From sequence record MH383160: a stretch of 64,000 bases of DNA, one strand, 5' to 3'. Positions 59,754-64,000 of the stretch are shown here, piece by piece. Position 1 is the stretch's first letter; each line of letters begins with the position of its first letter. The notes beneath the pieces were generated by a model. That model was given only the letters and a program-made list of their open reading frames with translations. It was not told the DNA's origin and made no database searches. The translations under genes were made by a program, and so were the position numbers. Source of the DNA: Escherichia phage UB.

Positions 59754-59951
59754 TTACTCAGTATCCTTTGGTTTAGAATGTAAACCATACTTTTCATCAT
59801 AACGATCATAGGTAGTACCATTAGTACTAGCTTTGATGCTTTCAGTACGATTGATTGGTTCAATCTTAACACCACGATAACCAATCTCTTCTTTAAATTG
59901 TTCCCATGATTCACGTAGACTCATTTTAGCCCCTTTTGTTATTTCATACAC
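59754..59951 (-). CDS. hypothetical small protein
   Basis: 65-aa ORF. Confidence 0.5.
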   Translation of the reverse strand: MYEITKGAKMSLRESWEQFKEEIGYRGVKIEPINRTESIKASTNGTTYDRYDEKYGLHSKPKDTE

Positions 59952-60084
59952 TCACGTAGGTCAATCTTTTCTACTGACCCACCGAGTACTAGATAGTGAA
60001 AATTAGAATCTTTGTTTGCCATATTCAAAAGATCTGCTTTCTGTTGAAGCGTAAAGCGTGAAGTACTGTTACGTACTGGCATAG

Positions 60085-60528
60085 TTACTCCTTAAAGTAG
60101 ATATCACGAATTTGTTTAATCATCTCTAACTCTTGAAGTCCTATCATACCAAAGTCTTCTTGTATTGTCAACTGCTGAAAGTACATTTCTTCTAAATTAT
60201 TGTACGGAATCTCAACAAGATTCAAAGGCTCACTTTCCACACGATAAATTGTATCTTGTACATCATGTTTTTCGATATGAATACTAAATGTATCTTTTTG
60301 AATTCTAAATTTATAAAATGTTTGATTTGTTGTAAACAAACCAACTTTAGGATGGAATCCCATTTGAATACACAAACAATCTTCATCCTTATATTTCAAG
60401 TATATAGCTTTTGACGTTGCTAGTACTTTAGATTTTGGGAAATAAAAATCACCCATCAGCTTCTGACGTTTCCAGTCCTCATATACAACTGGATGCTTAA
60501 CCTTCTTCAATTGGTGCAGTACTGTCAT
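60085..60528 (-). CDS. paralog-family protein (YFQQLTIQEDFGMIGLQEL motif)
   Basis: Shared C-terminal motif. Confidence 0.6.
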   Translation of the reverse strand: MTVLHQLKKVKHPVVYEDWKRQKLMGDFYFPKSKVLATSKAIYLKYKDEDCLCIQMGFHPKVGLFTTNQTFYKFRIQKDTFSIHIEKHDVQDTIYRVESEPLNLVEIPYNNLEEMYFQQLTIQEDFGMIGLQELEMIKQIRDIYFKE

Positions 60529-60908
60529 AGTTTTTTCCAGTCCAATGAATCGAAATCGATTTGTTCAGGATTATCAACAGCGACAACTCGTGCATTATGA
60601 AGAGTTTCAAAGTAGCCGTTCCACGGTGTACGTACTGGAATTTTTTCATCTCCAATTTTTACAAAGAAAGAGAATTCACATGACATTGGATCAAACCATT
60701 CTTTATGTTTGGCTTCATCGATTATTGTCGCACGTTCGTTACTATATGCATCATCGAGTTTCTTAAAGAATACCCAATGCTCTTTCAAAGACTGTAATGC
60801 TACAACTGCCTCATCCTTTGATTCCCATTGAACATCCAATGTATTGGTAACTGAATCTTCAGTTTCAGTGTCCCCTGTAGTGTAATGTACTTCAATGCTG
60901 TATTTCAT
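60525..60908 (-). CDS. hypothetical protein
   Basis: 127-aa ORF. Confidence 0.55.
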   Translation of the reverse strand: MKYSIEVHYTTGDTETEDSVTNTLDVQWESKDEAVVALQSLKEHWVFFKKLDDAYSNERATIIDEAKHKEWFDPMSCEFSFFVKIGDEKIPVRTPWNGYFETLHNARVVAVDNPEQIDFDSLDWKKL

Positions 60909-61363
60909 TAATCATCGCCTTTTAGTAATTTACAAATTTCAATCATATGATAATAACATGTATTCCAAAATTGTCCATTAGTACTTCCAACATCATGCAC
61001 AGTACTTTGTTGGAAAACATATTCATCGTTGAACATCATTTTAATATCATCAATGTAAAATTCTGGTTTTGAATCATTATTGTATTCAATACTCGTTTCA
61101 CCATCTGGATCAAGTGAAATTGATGATATGTCGTGAATTCCTCTCGGATTTGTTGGATAAATTCTCAACGTAAGAGGATAGAAGTCTGGATCGGTTTCAT
61201 AAGTATATTCGATTATGTAATAACCATCACCAGTAATTGATTGATATTTAAATGTAGTTTCAATTGAATTTGAGATGTTAAATCCCAGTTTCTTTATCTC
61301 ATCTACATGAGATAATATTTTATGTAAAGTTCCTAAAACATGAATCAAATTATCAATTTTCAT
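60908..61363 (-). CDS. paralog-family protein (VFQQSTVHDVG motif)
   Basis: Shared C-terminal motif. Confidence 0.6.
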   Translation of the reverse strand: MKIDNLIHVLGTLHKILSHVDEIKKLGFNISNSIETTFKYQSITGDGYYIIEYTYETDPDFYPLTLRIYPTNPRGIHDISSISLDPDGETSIEYNNDSKPEFYIDDIKMMFNDEYVFQQSTVHDVGSTNGQFWNTCYYHMIEICKLLKGDD

Positions 61364-61902
61364 TTACGAACCTTTGAAAAGTTTAGTTTAAAAGATTTAC
61401 CAAATTCCATTGTAGCTTTACCCAGATTGTTAATATTTTCCTTTAACATTTCTTGCATCTTATTCATACTTTCAATCCAAGCTTCTTCTTCGATACGAAG
61501 AATTGGTCGCAATCGTTCCTGAATATCGATAAAACGTGTATTGAGTTCTACTAATGATTCATATGTGAAATCTTTCATGTCGATAATAGTACTTCGTTGA
61601 AAGAATTCTTCTTCGGATAAATTACTTAAAATGATTTTATCACGACCAATAGATAATGTCAATTCATCATCTTTATTTTTTTTAATTACAATACTAACAG
61701 GTGTTTTTAATGTAATGCAAATATCATGATTATTAAATGTTTCAGTTTGGTTTGACATTCTGAATTGAAGTTTCCCAGATAAAGCATGTACTGGTGATGG
61801 TTTCTTTTTACCAGTAATAACATCTTCCCATGAATCGAGAATATTATTAATAATTTTAACATAAGGAATTGGCATATATGCACCTATGAAAAATCCACGC
61901 AA
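61360..61902 (-). CDS. paralog-family protein (EEEFFQRSTIIDMKDFTYESL motif)
   Basis: Shared motif. Confidence 0.6.
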   Translation of the reverse strand: MRGFFIGAYMPIPYVKIINNILDSWEDVITGKKKPSPVHALSGKLQFRMSNQTETFNNHDICITLKTPVSIVIKKNKDDELTLSIGRDKIILSNLSEEEFFQRSTIIDMKDFTYESLVELNTRFIDIQERLRPILRIEEEAWIESMNKMQEMLKENINNLGKATMEFGKSFKLNFSKVRK

Positions 61903-61917
61903 TGCGTGGATTTGTAA

Positions 61918-62448
61918 TTATTCAAGTATAGTAATTTCAATTAAACGAATTTCGATAAACTCGTTTTCAGTTTCCCATGACGTGCCAAATTTCTTTTCAA
62001 GTTCAGATTTCACATCACTTTTAAATTTTCCCATAGTATTAGGAATAATTTGTTTGGTTAATTTGTCGTAACCACAATAAAACATAGGTTTCTCCCTTCG
62101 AGATATTAGCTGAACAAAATCTTTTGGATATGCAGGTATGTTATGCATCACTTCATGAATACACTCAGTACTTGAATCTTGTACTTTGTACATTACATTA
62201 AGTTTACCTCTGAAATTTGCGGTCATATCAACAATAGTTCCTTTACCCGATTTAAGTAAAGTTCCATTCTTTGAATGAGAGCAATAAAATACCTCATCAC
62301 CAATATTAGGATAATACAAATTAAATTCTAATTCAGATTTTACAGCCAGCCGTTTGAAACTTTCTGTACGTTTTATATAAGTTTGGTATTTGTTTATGTT
62401 CAAAAGAATATCTCTCTTAGTAAATGTGATATAACTGGCATAGTCCAT
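61918..62448 (-). CDS. hypothetical protein
   Basis: 176-aa ORF; 5' end overlaps methyltransferase 3' end so start may be downstream. Confidence 0.55.
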   Translation of the reverse strand: MDYASYITFTKRDILLNINKYQTYIKRTESFKRLAVKSELEFNLYYPNIGDEVFYCSHSKNGTLLKSGKGTIVDMTANFRGKLNVMYKVQDSSTECIHEVMHNIPAYPKDFVQLISRREKPMFYCGYDKLTKQIIPNTMGKFKSDVKSELEKKFGTSWETENEFIEIRLIEITILE

Positions 62449-63260
62449 CCATTCCCAAGCATTTTGTATGCTTGTGTCTTACTAGACACTTTAAAGAAAT
62501 CTTCAGGAACACCCTGTAATTTACAACATTCTACTACACTTAAGTGTCTATAGTCAATATTTCTTTTGCCATTCTCTAATAGATATTGACGACTGATCAC
62601 TGGGTCACGAAACACCAATTGTCGTCTGGATTTATTAAAGTACTGGTTACAATCACCACCTTTAAAATAGTTAGCATCTATACAGTACGAAGCGGTTCTG
62701 TCAGTGTACCAACCATCTTCAATAATATCTTGAAGTTTAGGTGCATTGGATAATGCAGGTGGTATAAAAAGCTTATCAGTACTGTACCAGTAATATCTCT
62801 GCCTGAAGTGAGGCGTATAATGCTGGGAGTTTATCAGTACTGGCGTGATTCCTAAAATACTATTAATGTATTCTTTGAAATCTTCTTTCATTTTAACATT
62901 TTCAAACAGAAATTTCAAGTTAGGATTAAGACTTTTGATATGATCAAAAATTTCAACCATTACTAAAAATAACTGCCCACGTATATCATTTAAACCACCC
63001 TGTTTACCTGCAACTGACCAGGCTTGGCATGGGAAACCACCCATTAATAAATCTATTTTGTCCCACTCAATATCCCATTCTCTCCACTTAGTTACATCAC
63101 CCAATTGGATAATATCAGGAAAGTTAGATTGAGATTCAGCTATTGCGTACTTATCAATTTCGGATGAATAATATTTTTCAACTGGGATACCAGCATCTTG
63201 CAATGCCATATATCCCACACTCATTCCATTAAAAAGAGAAAGTACTCGGATAGGTTTCAT
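62400..63260 (-). CDS. DNA (cytosine-5)-methyltransferase
   Basis: Motif I LSLFNGMSVG, motif IV GGFPCQAWSVAG, ENV, RQRYYW, motif X-like KMLGNGWTMPVISHL. Confidence 0.85.
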   Translation of the reverse strand: MKPIRVLSLFNGMSVGYMALQDAGIPVEKYYSSEIDKYAIAESQSNFPDIIQLGDVTKWREWDIEWDKIDLLMGGFPCQAWSVAGKQGGLNDIRGQLFLVMVEIFDHIKSLNPNLKFLFENVKMKEDFKEYINSILGITPVLINSQHYTPHFRQRYYWYSTDKLFIPPALSNAPKLQDIIEDGWYTDRTASYCIDANYFKGGDCNQYFNKSRRQLVFRDPVISRQYLLENGKRNIDYRHLSVVECCKLQGVPEDFFKVSSKTQAYKMLGNGWTMPVISHLLREIFF

Positions 63261-63312
63261 ATAAAATCCTTTTTATATTGTTAAGGTACTATAATATATT
63301 ATAGCATCTTAT

Positions 63313-63603
63313 TTAGAAATCTTCCAAACTTTTTTCATCACACCATCGTGATGTACAGATGATTGCAGATGCCAGAATTGAAGCACTTGCACGTCCTCCA
63401 CCGAGTAAGTACTGGCTAATTACGCCAATCATATTGAACACTTTATCATACTCGGTTAGTTGTTCAAAACCTTTCTTCCAATGCTGATATTCTTCTTCTG
63501 TGACATTAAACTCACCATCAAGTTCCTTTAAAATCTTTTTAAGCACAGCACTATGTTCACTCATCATCATCTCCATATCGTTCGTCATAAAAATCATCAT
63601 CAC
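63313..63603 (-). CDS. hypothetical protein
   Basis: 96-aa ORF. Confidence 0.5.
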   Translation of the reverse strand: MMMIFMTNDMEMMMSEHSAVLKKILKELDGEFNVTEEEYQHWKKGFEQLTEYDKVFNMIGVISQYLLGGGRASASILASAIICTSRWCDEKSLEDF

Positions 63604-63642
63604 GATCTAATGGTTCTTTTGGCTTTTCAGACATATATTTCC

Positions 63643-63903
63643 TCACATGGTAAAGGTATTATCACCATCCATATCTTCATCAGTTGCTTCAGCTAATGTC
63701 TTGATTGTAAGTAATCCACGCTTCACGTACAACATGAAGACCTTTTCATAATTACCAAACATAATCTCAGGTGACATGTAATTCTCTGTTACAATGACGA
63801 TTGGACGGCCCTGTGAAAGCATACGAAACATAGTACGATATTTGTCAAATGTGCGAAATTCATCCATGTTCATCATGTGGCGTTTACGAACTACTTTAGT
63901 CAT
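63643..63903 (-). CDS. hypothetical protein
   Basis: 86-aa ORF. Confidence 0.5.
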   Translation of the reverse strand: MTKVVRKRHMMNMDEFRTFDKYRTMFRMLSQGRPIVIVTENYMSPEIMFGNYEKVFMLYVKRGLLTIKTLAEATDEDMDGDNTFTM

Positions 63904-63917
63904 CTTAATACCTTTAG

Positions 63918-64000
63918 TTAATTGAACTCTACTTCTGGATAATGATTATAGAACATCTCACGAACTGCGTCAAGATGTTCTTGAAATTGTTTTATATCTT
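63918..64000 (-). CDS. 3' end of a minus-strand gene whose start lies beyond the window
   Basis: Open frame from window edge to stop at 63918-63920 (...EMFYNHYPEVEFN*). Confidence 0.4.
   Translation of the reverse strand, partial: DIKQFQEHLDAVREMFYNHYPEVEFN

Overview
The window reads as a densely packed early or host-takeover region of a large virulent tailed phage, AT-rich with strong AGGAGG-type ribosome-binding sites. Positions 1-8222 hold a plus-strand tandem array of seven RCC1-like repeat paralogs, each with an almost invariant N-terminus (MLPFARMVKYGN) and a cloned terminator-promoter-RBS cassette; two copies carry +1 frame breaks. From 8.2 kb to the end almost everything is on the minus strand: about 120 short genes driven by repeated consensus sigma70-type promoters (TTGACA-N16-18-TATAAT) and separated by a repeated UUCG-loop terminator hairpin. 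Recognisable products are a T4 DenV-like pyrimidine-dimer glycosylase, three HNH endonucleases, a T5orf172 (GIY-YIG-like) protein, a P-loop ATPase, a kinase-like protein, a sigma-70-family sigma factor and a C5 cytosine DNA methyltransferase. A tRNA cluster (Thr, Asn, Met, Ser-like, Arg, Gly) at 48.1-53.2 kb is interleaved with an HNH endonuclease and a family of small MTHEEW proteins. Most other ORFs are small hypothetical, membrane or secreted proteins, several in paralog families. The most unusual signals are two G+C-enriched ORF-free blocks (35.34-35.82 kb and 50.44-50.77 kb) that look like structured non-coding RNAs, a palindrome (TTCAGTACTGAA) embedded in promoter spacers, and a type-II tRNA with an apparent ACU anticodon. 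Everything here is read by eye from the sequence; no searches were run, and intergenic element coordinates are approximate to a few bases.
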